Assembly (NCBI RefSeq): GCF_004010195.1 | Contig: NC_057719.1 | Span: forward strand, 75,988,882-76,052,881 | Direction of reading: 5' to 3' | DNA: 64,000 nucleotides | From: Chiloscyllium plagiosum | Lineage: Eukaryota | Shown here: positions 1 through 13,469 of the stretch, piece after piece | How the letters are laid out: each line of letters starts with the position of its first letter | Position numbering within the stretch: position 1 is the stretch's first letter | Notes under the pieces: model-generated | Seen by the model: the letters and a program-made list of their open reading frames with translations, nothing else | What the model was told of the DNA's origin: nothing | Database searches by the model: none | Position numbers and translations under genes: made by a program

Positions 1-699
1 CATACTTCCTTCCCCATAGTGACTCTCTTTCCTCCTCTGAGCTGAGTAAACAAAGAGAAGTGTATAAACACAAGGAAACTGTATATAATAACTTATATAT
101 GGGTGTAATTAAAGATTATTAAAGCACTAAAGAGATTGAACGAGTTTCACTTGAAGATAAGGATGACTTAATGATGTCTGATACCAAGAAGAGTGGTAAC
201 GTATTGAAATAGAACAAAAATTTATTGTCACATGTGCTTTTACTTGAAAAATACAGCAAAAAGTTTTATAAGTCATCCTATTTACATCAATGACAGAAGT
301 CATATATAATTTAAAACAAGTATAATTGAGACAATGTTCATCACAGTTCAGTTTATAGGCTCGTAGGCTCAGGAAAGCTGATTAAATAACGATGAGATAC
401 CCTGAAGTCACAGCCGGAATAAGATCATCACACCAGGAGGCCACTGGAATACTGGGCTGGACACCTCAGGCAAAGAAGTCTACCACGCTGATCTGAGACT
501 CCCACTCCTGGATGAAAGCGTCTGCCGGGCTGCTGGATAACTGGACGCTGAAGATGAAGAAGACCTCCAGGCAGGTCCATGCCAGGAGACCACCATGCTG
601 AACTGAGATTGCTACTTCTCCGCCTTCAGGTGTCCGGGCCTAGCTGAGGCCTGGAGCCTCAGCCTAATCTCTTTTCTGCATCCATCTGTAACAGTGTTT

Positions 700-1650
700 G
701 TGTAGACCTCCACAGCTCAGAGACACAGTGAGGTTCACATCAGACATGTCAAGGAGCACTATAATTGCTGAATGTGATTCACTACAAGGAACCACTTAGC
801 CCTTCTTCCCCCCCATCTCTTGTCTTCCTTTCTAGAAAGCAGACGTGACCAACTGGAACACTGCTGGGATTAAGAAGGTGCCTGGTCACTGGCAGTAATC
901 TGGGCAGTTTCTTCCTCGGCCAACCATGGAACTGTTGTTGTGAAGTATACCTCAGATTGTGCATCCACATTCTCCACCATGTTGGTTCCCACCGAGGTGT
1001 CCGTAATGGGGCTGGTGAGTGGAGGCTGCAAGAGGCAGCCATGTTGAGACTTCCTCTGAAACCTCAGTGCTCCCACCCTCATAAGTTGAGGATGGGGCTT
1101 TTGGTGAAGCTGGCCATTTCTCCACAGGAGTTGTGGTAAAGCTGGGGGAGCCTGCAAGTTAAAAGAGAGAGAGAGAGAAAGTCGGCATTGCGGACAGTGG
1201 TTAGAAGAGGTATCTGTCAAGTGAGAGTGACAGCACGGTTAATAAGGGAATGGCCGTGGATTGCTGAGTGGCACTTACTTGTTTGATGGGGCATGGATGT
1301 TTCAGAATCCCTCCAGGATTCTCCTGTGAGGGTCAGGATTGTCTCCTCGCGGTGGGAGGGTTGTGAGATCATGGGTGTAGAGGTATCCCTCCACCTTTCT
1401 GGAGTCTCTCTACCCTGTTATAAGCTGTCTTCTCTTGTAATGGGGGGAATCGGTAAGATGACAGTGGGTGTCAGGGCTGTTAGTGCTGGTGATTGTGGGA
1501 AAAGGTTTACCGAAGGACTGGGGAGGCGATGCAGAAGCCATGTCGAATTAATGCTGTGGAGGGAAAGGACATTGTAGGCAATGGTGAGATTGGCGGAAGC
1601 TGAGTACTGTGGCAGAGATAGAGTGAGTGTGAGGTGGATGGGTGAAGACT
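700..1650 (-). mobile_element. Degenerate Harbinger-type Myb/SANT ORF remnant
   Basis: Minus-strand ERLQKGGGIP...EETILTLTG followed by a gtaagt donor. Resembles the TGGG...EE-x-I/VL motif of the spliced Harbinger DNA-binding ORF. Confidence 0.35.
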
Positions 1651-1654
1651 GTGG

Positions 1655-2510
1655 CATTTAATTTGGTCGTGCAGAGAGGGTCATCGACCATACCTCCTTC
1701 ATAAGGTCAGAAATATGGATGTTCCCTGATAACTCCACAATGTTCAGCACCAATTGTTTCTGCTGAGATATTGATGCAAGCCATGTCAAAATGCAGCATG
1801 ACCTGGATGATGACCAGGCTTGGTTTGATATATAGCAAGTAACATTCATGCCACAAAAATGCCATGCAGTGACCATTCCATCCTAACCTAACCACCATCT
1901 CTTGATATTATTACTATCACTGTATCCCACACTATCGGCACCCTGGAGGTTACCATTGGCTGACCACTGAACTAGACTATCCATATAAATGGCTACAAGA
2001 GCAGGAAGAGATTAGGAATCCTGCAATGAGTAACTCACCTCTGGATTCCCTAAAGCCTGTCCACATTCTATAAAGCGCAAGTTGAAATTGCTCGGGAATA
2101 TTTTCCATTTTCCTGGATGACAGCAGATCCAACATTGCACAAGAAGCTTAGGACAATGACACCATATCTACAAAGTGTCATTCTCTCCATTACCATTGTA
2201 AGAGCAGTAATTCAGCAAACTCCTTAGAAACCACCTTCCAAAACTATGACTATTACCAACTCGAAGGCAACCTAGAACAACACTAGCTGCAAATTCCCCT
2301 TCAAGCCACGCATTATCCTGAATTGGAAATAAAAGACTGTTTCTTCAGTTTCACTGAGGCAAGACCCTGGAACTCCCAAACTTATCTCACTGTGAATGTA
2401 GCTACATCATCTAGACTGAAGAATCTTAGGACTGCATTATTCATGGCCATTATAGGCAGGCAACAATTACTAGCTTAGCCAGTGATGTCACAGCCCGTGA
2501 GTGAGTAAAA
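1655..2510 (+). mobile_element. CR1/L2-clade LINE 3' fragment (second shark family)
   Basis: gagtaactcacctctggattccctaaagcctgtccacattctataaagcgcaag...; related fragments at 6905-7300, 7700-8330, 8915-9240, 19100-19710, 20130-20470 and reversed at 30500-30940, 51590-51850. Confidence 0.7.
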
Positions 2511-3694
2511 GTGATCTGAGCACTGCACGATGCAAGCAGAATAAAAGCATTGATGAAATGTACCTGTGTCTGTGCAATTGATGCGATTCATATTTGTATC
2601 TTTAGAGGGTGCTATCATTCCAGTTATGATTGTAATGAAAGCTTGCAATGCTACATTCAACAAAAGATGAAGCAATTTTAAAAACTAAAATTGGAAAAAA
2701 GTTTCTTTCTTGTTTTTAAAAGCAAGAAAATCACAGAAAAGTTACTTGCCACAATTATTTGATGATGATTCTGAAGGCTGGTATGGAGAAGTCTTTTGCT
2801 TTAGCTGAGGAGTCTAGAACACAGGGAGAGTGTCTCAGGATAAGGGGCAGAGATAATAAAGGATTTCTTCCCTAAAAGGGTTGATGATATTTGGAATTGC
2901 CTATTCCAAATATTCCATCATCGCTTATAGCCAAGACTTGGACTGATGGATTTTTCATTTCTCTGGGAACTGAGGAATAAGGCAAACAAGTGTGAAAATC
3001 AAGTTATGGCAGAAGATCAGTCATGATCATAGTAAATGGAGAGACAGGTTCATGGGACAGTATGACATTCTCCTGTTCCTACACATGCTTTCAGCGCCTG
3101 AAGATCTGGGCCATTAAATCCAGGAGAGTTGTTAACTTTTAACCTCTTCATTTCTCCAATTATTTTTCTTTACCAACAATAACCAGTATAAGTTCCTTGT
3201 TGCAGTCATTTCGGTGATTTATGGCGAGAATGTACCAATATCTGTAAAGGCAGACACTAAATATCTGTAAAGTACCTCAATAACTTCCTTATTCTTCATA
3301 ATAATTTTCCTGATACAGTCAACAAGGATCCTCGTTTACTTTTACTGTTCATTTCCTCTTTCTAGATTTGTAGAAGCTCTTACAGTTTATTTTTACATTT
3401 ATGCCTGAATTTAAGCCTGTAGCTAAGGTCTTTCCTCATGAGCATCTTTATCTCATTCTTTATTATACTGGCTACTGCATTTCTTTTTCCATTTAGCCCT
3501 TCTTTTTGAAACATCAAATATCTTGGAATATTTAGATCCTCTACTTGGTCACGAAGCAATCTTGTCTCTGTAATAATTTTACTCTATGCCATTATTATAT
3601 CATGCACATTATGATTACTTGGTGCTGTCCAAAAATAGCACTTTTAACTTTATTTTTTTCCTATTTCTGCCTGATTTGACTTTATTTCGAATAT

Positions 3695-3985
3695 AGAATC
3701 CCTACATTCAGCCCATTGAGTGCCCACCAACCCTCTGAAGAGCATCCCACCCCCATACCCTGTAACCCTGCATTTATCATGGCTACCCCACCTAGCCCAT
3801 GCACTATGGACAATTTAGCATGGCCAATCCAGCTAACCTGCATATTTTTGCACTATGAGAGGAAACCCAGGAAGACACAGGGAGAATGTGCAAACTCCAC
3901 ACAGACAGTTGCCCGAGGGTGGGATTGAACTTGGGTCCCAGGTGCTGTGAGGCAGCTGTACTAGCCACTAACCACTGACCCCAGT
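3695..3985 (-). mobile_element. HE1-type tRNA-derived SINE
   Basis: Reverse complement of ...cagctgcctcacagcacctgggacccaagttcaatccc...gtgtggagtttgcacattctcc; many copies in the window. Confidence 0.85.
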
Positions 3986-4249
3986 AATGCATTCTTTGTC
4001 CCTTCCTGGCTAACTCTGTTTATTTTTGCTCAGATTGCTTCAATGTCCTACAGTTTGGCCTTCTCTCTTCAGATTTATAAAGTTCCTATGTTTAAATTTT
4101 TCTTCACACACTATCATTCTAGTTTGATACCTTATCCACTGCCTATTTATTTGATCCACCAAGGTACTCATTCCAGCCCAGGTCAAGGCTAGCCCAGGCC
4201 TAAAGCAGCTCCCTCTTACCCCTGTACTGATGCTTATGTCCCATTCAAC

Positions 4250-4700
4250 AAAAGGGTTTGAGTTATAAGGAGATGCTGGATCGGCTGGGACTTTTCACAC
4301 AGGAGCATTGGAGGTTATGGGGTGACCTTATGGAGGTTTACAAAATGATGAAGGGTGTTGATAAGGTAAATGGAATGTGTTTTTTCCCTAGGGTGGGGGA
4401 TTTCACTAGGTGGCATATTTTTAAGGTGAGAAGCTAAAGATTTTATACAAACCTGAGGGGCACTGGGCATTTCCTTTTACACAGAGGGTGGCTCGTGTGT
4501 GGAAAGAGCTCCCAGAGGAAGTGGTGGATGTGGGTACACTTACAGCTTAGATATTTAGATAAGTATATGAATAAGAAATGCTTGGAGGGATGTGGACTAT
4601 GTGCAGGCAAGTGGGACTAGTTTCGTTTGGGAACGAAATGGTCAGCATGGACTGGTTGGACCGAAGGGTCACTTTCCGTGCTGTGACTCTATATGATTGT
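4250..4700 (+). mobile_element. CR1 (HER1-like) LINE 3' end
   Basis: gggtgaccttatggaggtttacaaaatgatgaagg...ggaccgaagggtc...tgactctat tail. Confidence 0.85.
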
Positions 4701-5654
4701 AAGATTCTATAAAACCACTGTTCTTCTTTACATTATTTCATCCACGCAGTCAACTCCCTGATCAGTTTAATCCAATGACAATTTGAATGGGACTCAGGGA
4801 GCAACTTAGAGATGACTACCTTTGAGGATCTGTTTATTACTTTGTACCTACCTTATCAAATGCTTTCAGCAGGATGTAATTTCCCCTTCCATCTCTCTCA
4901 TTAGTTCATGTGTGGGCTATCCCTCTCCCACCCAAGTTCATCTCCTGTTATCAAGCAAGGCAATGCAACACTTAGGGAGCTTCATTGCAACAATGTGTCT
5001 TTTTTCACTTTGTGCTTACTAGCAGATAAATATCAAGCATACACAAAGGATTGATTAACATATAAATATGTGGGTTTATTTATTAAGGAGCTGAGAATTT
5101 GAAGCAGTATCACAAGGTGGGAGAACTTGCTCTCTCACAGCAAACTGAGTTGAACTTACATGACACATTACGTCATTTCCCCTCATGATAGGAACAGAAA
5201 GCATAGTATTGGGAGTCCTCAGCATTGGCTCTGGAACCTATAACGTCCCATATCATCAAATGTGGACAAAAAAAGGTGCTGATTGCCACCCACTGCACAC
5301 CCCCATCGAATGATGAGTCAGTATTCCCCATATTGGCTGTCACTTCAAAGAAACGCAGAGGGTAGAAAGGAACAGAATGTACTAAGGTGGGAGAATTCAA
5401 CGTCTATCACCAACAGTAAACTCAGTAATACTATGACTGACCAAACTGGCTGAATCCTGAAGGATATATCTGCCATATTAGACTTATAGCATGAGATGCA
5501 TAGCCACTTTTTTTTAGCTCCTTCATTTGGTTTCTCTCATTTGTTTGAGGGAACATCAATGCTGGTTAAATACCGTTCTACATCTCCTCCCAACAGTTAC
5601 CCCCAATCCTCTTCTCATTCCATTTTTAAAGTCTCTTGCCACTTGGGTCTTAGG

Positions 5655-6155
5655 CTTTCCCACTTCTCTGTCTTCCTGTCAGTCCACCTCCATCACTCCC
5701 CTCACCAAATGGATCATGATTAACAGCACACAAATTGTATTTGTACCATTTGCTTTTTGACCTCACTCTATCAAATGAGGATCTCCTTTCTTCCTCTCCT
5801 GATGTCCCCACCAGTACCCTTCCACTGATACTCTCATTCGTTTGGCTGAACTGGTCCTCACCTTTAACAATTTCTCTTTCGAATCCTCCCACCTCCTCCA
5901 GATGACAGGGGTAGCTATGGACACCTGCATGGGCCCCAGCTATGCCTGTCTCTTTGTCAGCTATGTAGAACAGTCCATCTTCCGTAGTTACAGCGGCACC
6001 ACTCCCCATCTCATCCTCCGCTACACTGATGACTGCATCGGCGCCACCCCATGCTGCAGCGAGGAGGTTGAGCAACTTCACCAACACATTCCACCCCGAC
6101 CTTAAATTCACCTAGACTGTCTCTGACACCTCTCTCCCCTTCCTGGACATCTTCA
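5655..6155 (+). mobile_element. Penelope-like element reverse transcriptase fragment
   Basis: AELVLTFNNFSF...GVAMDTCMGPSYACLFVSYVEQ...RYTDD, matching the PLE RT GxAMG and YxDD motifs. Confidence 0.85.
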
Positions 6156-7299
6156 GCTCCTGCTAAAAGGGCAGATGGTGTGTGTGTGTGAGAGTGTGTG
6201 TGTGTGTCTGTCTGTGCGCGTGTCTCCAGTAAGACACTTAAAGTCCAAAGAAAGTTAGTTTATTTTCCCTCACCAGTTGCTATAAGCTGTGGTTTTTAAC
6301 CAGTACCGAACAGACTTTGTAATGTATCAATCACCCTATGCCATCTGTGAAGAAGTGAAAAGAGCTTAGAGAAGAGAGATTGAAGAAGGATCATCACAGT
6401 GAACCCTGGGGACAGTGGCCATTGAATTGCTCTCCAAGGTCTTTTTTCCTGTCCATCCAAAATGCTTTTGCTCTTTTGTCTGACTGTCTAGGTCAATATG
6501 TCTGTATGGGGGTGGTGGGGGGTGGTTAGAGTTTTAACTAATCGAATTATATGTCGACAGTTCATGTCATTTATCTGTGGTTAGACACTACCTATACATA
6601 ATAAATAGTACACCATTTTGAGTATAGAAATATGGTCTGTATTTTCTGTCAACATAAGTCTATTCAGCAGGTAAGTTGAGCAACTTTGGGTACCTATAAA
6701 CATTTTGTGTTGACTCCAGGAACAACAGGGCTTGATTTCCTGTACACTACTCCAGTAAGGCATAAATTGATAAACAATGGAAACAGTGAAAATACACAAA
6801 GCTAAGCACTCCCACAACCAGTGACTATTTCGAGCCAGAATTCCTCCTATGTATGATCCATCTTGGCTTGGAACTGAGCTGGAATTAATTAATTTCATTC
6901 CCTATCATAACAATGAACAGTTGAATGGACTGGACGCAGCAAAGGCTAGGGCTCTGGACAATACCCGGGATGTGGTGCTGAAGACCTGCGGTCGACAATG
7001 ATCTGTGCCCCTTGCCATGCTGCTCCATTACAGCTACCACACTGGCATTTCCCTGACAATGTGGAAAACTGCAGGAGAAACACGATGCAGCCAATTGCTC
7101 CCCTTTGCTCTATTCTCAATCATCAGCAAAATGATGGAAGGAGTTATCAGCAATGTCATCAAGGAGCACTTACTCAGAAATAACCTACTCATCCACGCTC
7201 AGTTTGGGTTCAGCCGTGATCCAAGCATGGGCAGAAGAGATGAATTCCAGGTAAGAGGCGATAGCAATTCCTCTTGGCATCAAGGCAAAGAGGAGGCAA

Positions 7300-7630
7300 T
7301 GGACTATTGGTATTATTGCTAGATTATTAATCCAGGTGTTTTGAGTTCAAGTTCCGCTATGGCAGATGGTGGAATTTGGATTGAATTAAACATCTTTAGT
7401 TAAGAGTCTAAATGATTACCATGAAACTGATGTCAATTGTCAAGAAGAAGCCAATCTGGTTCACTAACATTCTTGAGGGGAATAAATGCCACCTTTACCT
7501 GGTCTGGCCTAAATGTGACTCCAGGCCCACAGCAATGCTGTTGCCTTTTAACGGCCCCCTGGGCAATTAAGGATGAGCAGTAAATGCTGTCCTAGCCAGC
7601 GACACCCTCATCCTGTGAATAACTAAAAAA
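7300..7630 (+). mobile_element. tRNA-derived SINE sharing a 3' tail with the second LINE family
   Basis: gagttcaagttccgctatggcagatggtggaatttg...ctggtctggcctaaatgtgactccaggcccacagcaatg; reversed copies at ~15250-15560 and ~35075-35425. Confidence 0.7.
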
Positions 7631-9475
7631 AAACATATGACCAAGGATAACACTAAAATTGCAGCTAACATGAATCAGCTAGAAGATTCTCTACTGGTTG
7701 CAGTAATACAAAGGAAGACGGTTATGGTTGCTGGAATCCAATTATCTCCATTTCGGGACATTGCTGCAGTTCCTCAAGAACTTGATGTCAAAGGTCCATC
7801 CAACCCCAGCTTCTTCAGCAACGACTTTCTTCGATCATGTGGTCAAAAGTAAGAATACTCTTTGATGATTGTGTCATGTTCCAATCCATTCACAATGTCA
7901 TATGAATGAAGCATTTTGTGCCTGTACTGGGCAAGATTTCAACAATATTTAAGCTCTGGTTGATAAGAGGTAACATTCGCTCCACACAAGTGCGCTCAAG
8001 GGAGAATTTAAGCAACTTTACTTGAGACATTATTACTTTCACCATTAACATTTTGAGTTCACTGTTGAAATGAAACTGAAACGGATAAATTGCATAAATA
8101 TTTGGCAACCAGAGCAGGACAGAAGTTGGAAATTCAATTCCAAATACTCTCTTTCCTAATTCCCCAGGTCCTGTTCACCACCTTCAATTCACATAACAAT
8201 GATACTCAATAACACTCTCCACTTGCTGGGATTAATGTGGCTCTAACAATTATCAATAGTGTTGAATCGTCCGTGACAAAATTCCCTTGATTGGTATCCA
8301 TCCACCTTAAACATTTGTTCTATGGTCAAACCGTGAACCTGTAACCTGTAAGGCGGACTGGTTAGATCTTCCAAGTTTTCTTCAACAGCAACTTTCTGTT
8401 TTGTTATCACCTTTGCTCCTTTCACAGCCAAATGCCAAAATGAGTTCAGATAATTGCTTGAGACAGATTCTTTGAACAGTTGACTGAGGTACAGGCTGTG
8501 TCTGAAGATTACTTTGTCTTGTATACATCAGTTCAGCTGTAAAATAAATGCATCAGCGACCATTATGTGAACAGAATCCCCATGACTTATTTTTGTTCCA
8601 TTTAGTTTACTATTATGATCTAGTTGGGAAATTGCACTGATGCTTGAACTCCATCATTGTCACCACAAGAGTTAAATGCACAAGCCAATCAGTGATCTGT
8701 TTGCTGGCCAAATCACACTGTATATACACACCTGAGTAACATGCCGTCTTGCCCTGCTGCTTGCAAAACAACAGTTTCAGTAGCTTGTTTTCAAATATGC
8801 AGAATTTCCTTCCACCGCACTTGATTTTACAAATAACCCTTTTTCCATTTTACTCCACAAGCAAAAATAAACAAAAATAAGAAATGCAGTCTTTGCAATA
8901 AACAAGAATCATGTTCCCAAATCCACAACCTGTGCTGTAGGAAGGACAAGAGCAACAAGTGCAAGGAACACCCTCATGTTCAAGTTCCCATCTCCTGTTG
9001 CAAATCATCCTGATTTAGGAGTTAGGAAAGAAAGTAGTTGGAATTGAATTCCCAACTTCTGTCCTGGAACTACATCTCCATTATCCATTATTGCTGGGTC
9101 AAAAATCCCAGAACTCTATGCTTAACAGCTCTGTGACAACTTTTCTCTGCAGTGATCTATGAAGGCTGCCCTGCATCAACTTGTCAAGGGTAATTAGGGA
9201 TAGGCATTAAATTCTACCTACATCCCATGATTAAATAAACAAAAAGAAATGACCCCTTGGCCAACATTCATCCCTCCACGGAAACTATCTCTTCATCAAT
9301 TTGTCCTATTACAGATGAAATGGTCAAGTACATCTTGCCATTTTGGAAAAGCCTTATTATTGGAAAAGTGGCTGTGATTTGGCTACATACCAGTGATGAG
9401 ATATGAAATGTCATCGCTTGGCTGTGAACAAATTTAAAATTGCGATGAAGTGCTTTGTCAATATTCTTTCTGCAG

Positions 9476-9572
9476 GAAAAAGCTGCATCTATTTTACAAT
9501 ATTGTTCCATTATTTAAAGATCTTGCTATGATATACAATGAGCTCACATCAATGATATGCCAGTACTTAGAA
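9476..9572 (+). pseudogene. Best-preserved exon relic of the plus-strand decayed gene
   Basis: atattctttctgcag|G AAA AAG ... TTA GAA|gtgagt. Open frame KKLHLFYNIVPLFKDLAMIYNELTSMICQYLE. Phase-compatible with 8606-8735 upstream (GA|G = Glu) and 10968 downstream. Confidence 0.5.
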
Positions 9573-10020
9573 GTGAGTGAGAAGGACTATTCTGAATGGG
9601 TAAAACTGAAAGGGAGACCAAAACAGCACAAATTCCTGATTTTTTTTAGCTCCTTTGCTGACCTCTGGACAAATGTGGGAAGAAAATATGACTTAGACTG
9701 CAGGACTATTTCTGATTTCTTGCCAACAGCATAAACAGCTACAGTACTGAGATGGTGCTGCTGCCCTCAGATTATGATGAACATCATTAAACATGGAAGG
9801 GTCACTGAATCCGAAACGTTAACTCCGAGTTCTGACGGCAGATGCTACCAGACCTACTGAGCCTTTCCGGCAATTTCTGTTTCTCAATCGTTAAAAGTGG
9901 AGTTTTCACATGGACGCCTTCAAAGGTTTCATAAATAAACAGAAGGTGACAGGCTGAGGTTGCCATCTGAAAGAAACAATTTTGGATTGACTTTCATCAC
10001 TGAGTTGTGCAAGCATTACT

Positions 10021-10950
10021 TCATTAAAGCAAAAATCACACAACACCAGGTTATGTCCAACAGGTTTAATTGGAAGCATACTAGCTTTCGGAGCGACGCT
10101 CCTTCATCAGGTGATAGGAAAGCAGGCAAGCAGGAAAGGAGGAAAGATCCCGAAAGGATTACGGGTCACGAACCCACTTAGGTCGACCTACAACACAGAC
10201 TACGCAGAGAGACTTTGCTACTGCACCTCTCGTAAATATTCTCAATCATCTCGTGCACCAACAAGGCGCCACAACCTTGAAATTCAGATGGAATCCACAC
10301 TCACAGCCTGCACACAGGATACATCAGTACAATTACGTGACATCGCCAAACAGACAAGGCGACAAAACTACACATCGTACATGCACGCCAAGAACAAAAA
10401 ACTGGAGAAGCTTGGCATTCTCACCAGTAATAGCAAACCCCGCCCTGGAACCACAGTAGACAACATTATCACTGCGGGGAAGTCTATTGTCAACTTATCG
10501 GACCACACCCTTCGACCGGAAGAGATTGAAGTCCTGAGGAGGGGTCTCAACTTCTGCCCCACCACCAAAATGGACCCGTTGGTTCTGGCAACATACACAG
10601 AGGAGTTCATCAGATGAATGAGACTCTGGGAATTCTTTCAAGGTGCCGGCAGTGATCCCACTGAGCCCACTGATGAACTAGAACAGTCATCACAGGGATC
10701 TGTAGAGGAGCGACCAAAGAAGGTGTCAACATGGACCCCACCGGAGGGCCACTGCCCTGGGCTTGACATGTATGCTCAAACTGTCAGGAAATATATAAAT
10801 GCCAGATTCTTCAGAATCACCTGATGAAGGAGCGTCGCTCCGAAAGCTAGTGTGCTTCCAATTAAACCTGTTGGACTATAACCTGGTGTTGTGTGATTTT
10901 TAACTTTGTACACCCCAGTCCAACACTGGCATCTCCCAATCATTAAAGCA
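10021..10950 (+). mobile_element. Penelope-like insertion: inverted terminal repeats with hammerhead cores around an N-terminal ORF fragment, 11-bp TSD
   Basis: Arms 10031-10115 and 10816-10901 are reverse complements. Inner ORF GKSIVNLSDHTLRPEEIEVLRRGLNFCPT. TSD tcattaaagca at 10021-10031 and 10940-10950. Confidence 0.88.
10818..10852 (+). ncRNA. Minimal type I hammerhead ribozyme motif
   Basis: CAC-CTGATGA-A-GGAGC-GTC-GCTCC-GAAA-G-CTA^GTG: conserved core, 5-bp stem II, palindromic AGCT stem III, CAC/GTG stem I. Confidence 0.75.
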
Positions 10951-11362
10951 GTATGTCTTTTTTTCAGCTCAGTGAAATATTATTAGTGATCTGACTGACA
11001 GCTACTCCAAGTCTTAAGCACCAATGTAGTGGCAAATTTCCTTAGGTATGTAGAACATAATGGGAATCTTGTGCTTGCAAATGAGTAATTTAGTCTTTTG
11101 TCACAACTGTAGCTTATGTTCTGAAAGTATAATGTTCCATCATTGATTGGATGACACAAAGCGGCAGTCTACAAAGTGTGGAGAAGCTTCAAGTTCATGT
11201 TCCAAGCCAATACACTATAACTACACTAATTACATCTGCTGGTGGAGGGGGGAGCTAAACATGACTGCCGGATGATGTTTAGTATCCAGACTTCGCACTT
11301 TATTCCAGATATCACACCGTGAGAAGATTAGTTGCTGCCACTTCCCTGGAACCTCCCTAACC

Positions 11363-11810
11363 TTGAATTGAATTGAATTGATTGAATTTCTTGTCATGTG
11401 TACCGAGGCACAGTGAAAAGCTTTGTCTTGCGAGCAATACAGGCAGATCACACAGGTAAGTAGCATAGATAAGTAAATAATAGGTAAACAGTGGCAAAAA
11501 CAAAAAAAAACCCACAGGTACATGTAAATGCTAAGAGTTTGCGAGCCCATTCAGTATTCTAACAACAGTCGGGTAGAAACTGTTTCAAAACCAGCTGGTG
11601 TGTGTGTTCAGGCTTCTCCCTGATGGTAGAGATTGTAGAAAACATTGCCAGGGTGGGATGGATCTATAAGAATGCTGGTGGCCTTTCCTTGACAGAGGGC
11701 CTGGTAGATGGGTTCTGTATATGGGAGGTTGGCCTTTGTGATTGTCCGGGTCGAGTAGACCACTCTCTGTAACTGTCTCTGATCTTGAATGGTCCAGTTG
11801 CCATACCAAG
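11363..11810 (-). mobile_element. Rex1/Babar-type LINE 3' end
   Basis: WYGNWTIQDQRQLQRVV...KATSILIDPSHPG, the Rex1 C-terminal motif, with a (TTCAA)n tail. Confidence 0.8.
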
Positions 11811-12087
11811 TCCTTCCCTCTCTGCTCTCCCTCCTGGGGCTGTGATATGATCTGTCTGACATTGTGTTGCAGCCTCATCTTCAACGGCGATGTTCTAAAT
11901 TAAGTACACTGATGTTTGCATTTGCACAGCAGTTTGGATATGTTGATAGCACTGAAGCTAGTGACCGAGATGTTTGTGGGCTTCAACCTCCACCATAGGA
12001 TTTCAGCCCATAATCCAGCCTAAAGTCAGAGTTACTGCATTGTGGCATATGCACACACATGAGGATATATGGGAGTGCATAGCAGTT

Positions 12088-12630
12088 TATTGAAATATTG
12101 CATGCAATTTTGGTTTCCTTCCTATCGGAAGGATGTTGTGAAACTTGAAAGGGTTCAGAAAATATTTCCAAGGATGTTGCCAGGGTTGGAGGGTTTGAGC
12201 TACAGGGAAAGGCTGAATAGGGCTGTTTTCTCTGGAGTGTCGGAGGTTAAGGGGTGACCTTATAGGGGTTTATAAAATCATGAGGAGCATGGATAGGATA
12301 AACAAACAAAGTCTTTTCCCTGGATTGGGGAGTCCAGAACTAGAGGGCATAGGTTTAGTGTGAGTGGGGAAAGATATAAAAGTGACCTTAGGGGCAACTT
12401 TTACACAGAGGGTGATGTGCATATGGAATGAGCTGCCAGAGGAAGTGGTGGAGGCTGGTACAATTACAGCATTTAAAAGGCATCTGGATGGGTATCTGAA
12501 TAGGAAGGGTTCAGAGGGATATGGGCCAAGTGCTGGCAAATGGGACTAGATTAGGTTAGGATACCTGGTCAGCATGGACAGGTTGAACCGAATGGTCTGT
12601 TTCCGTGCTGCACATCTCTATGACTCTCTG
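12088..12630 (+). mobile_element. CR1 (HER1-like) LINE 3' end
   Basis: KYCMQFWFPSYRKDVVKLERVQK...WNELPEEVVEAGTITAFKRHLD plus ctatgactct tail. Confidence 0.9.
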
Positions 12631-13469
12631 ACAGAGAGTTATTCTCAGGGTGTAGGCAATGCTCCTTCTTCAACACGTATCATCAACCCGATAAACTGAT
12701 TCTTTATCACATTGGAGTCCATGATTTTTCACCAAACATAAGGGTGAAGGTGCTGTCGGGAAGGAACCAAACACTGAGAGACTCTGCTCAGAGGCCAAGC
12801 CAAGTGAGGCATCCAATAAAGCACACAGATCTCTCAATAACTCATTTATCCAAACCCTCAAGTATGGCCTGAACCACACGTGACAGAGTCTGCAGTTTAT
12901 ACATTTGACTTTCCAGCTATTTCCAAACCCAAAGTGCAAGCAAGCCATCTTCGATTCCGAGTGCCTAAGCTGAATAAGATTAGCTGATGAACTAACTCAA
13001 AGAAAAATGGCAATTTAAAAAAAATGAATCTTTAAGGTGTTCGTATATCACCTAGTCTGGCTGATTGAAGGACAGGTTTCCAAAAAGCAGCTGTGCAGAG
13101 GTGACTGGGACAGCAGTTCAATAAAATTGATTCTTTTTAAATAAACAAACCACTATATTTAATAATTCCAGAAAACTGTCCAGACTGTGTTTGAATATCA
13201 TAATGTAGAAGTTTTATTGATTTTAATTAAGGTACGTGGCTCTTTTGAAATCTTCATTTCTATTCATAGAGACCTTGACCTCAGATAGTGAATTGATTTG
13301 ACATTTTTGTACACATTGAAGAGCAGGACAATCTAACTCAGCATGACTATGGAATTACATCAATAATGAAAGAGCACATGAAATTATTTGGAGGAAATCA
13401 GAACTGTTGCATGCACTGTTAAAATGTGAATTCTTTTATTCTCTTGCCAGACTCGCTCTACTGATGCAT

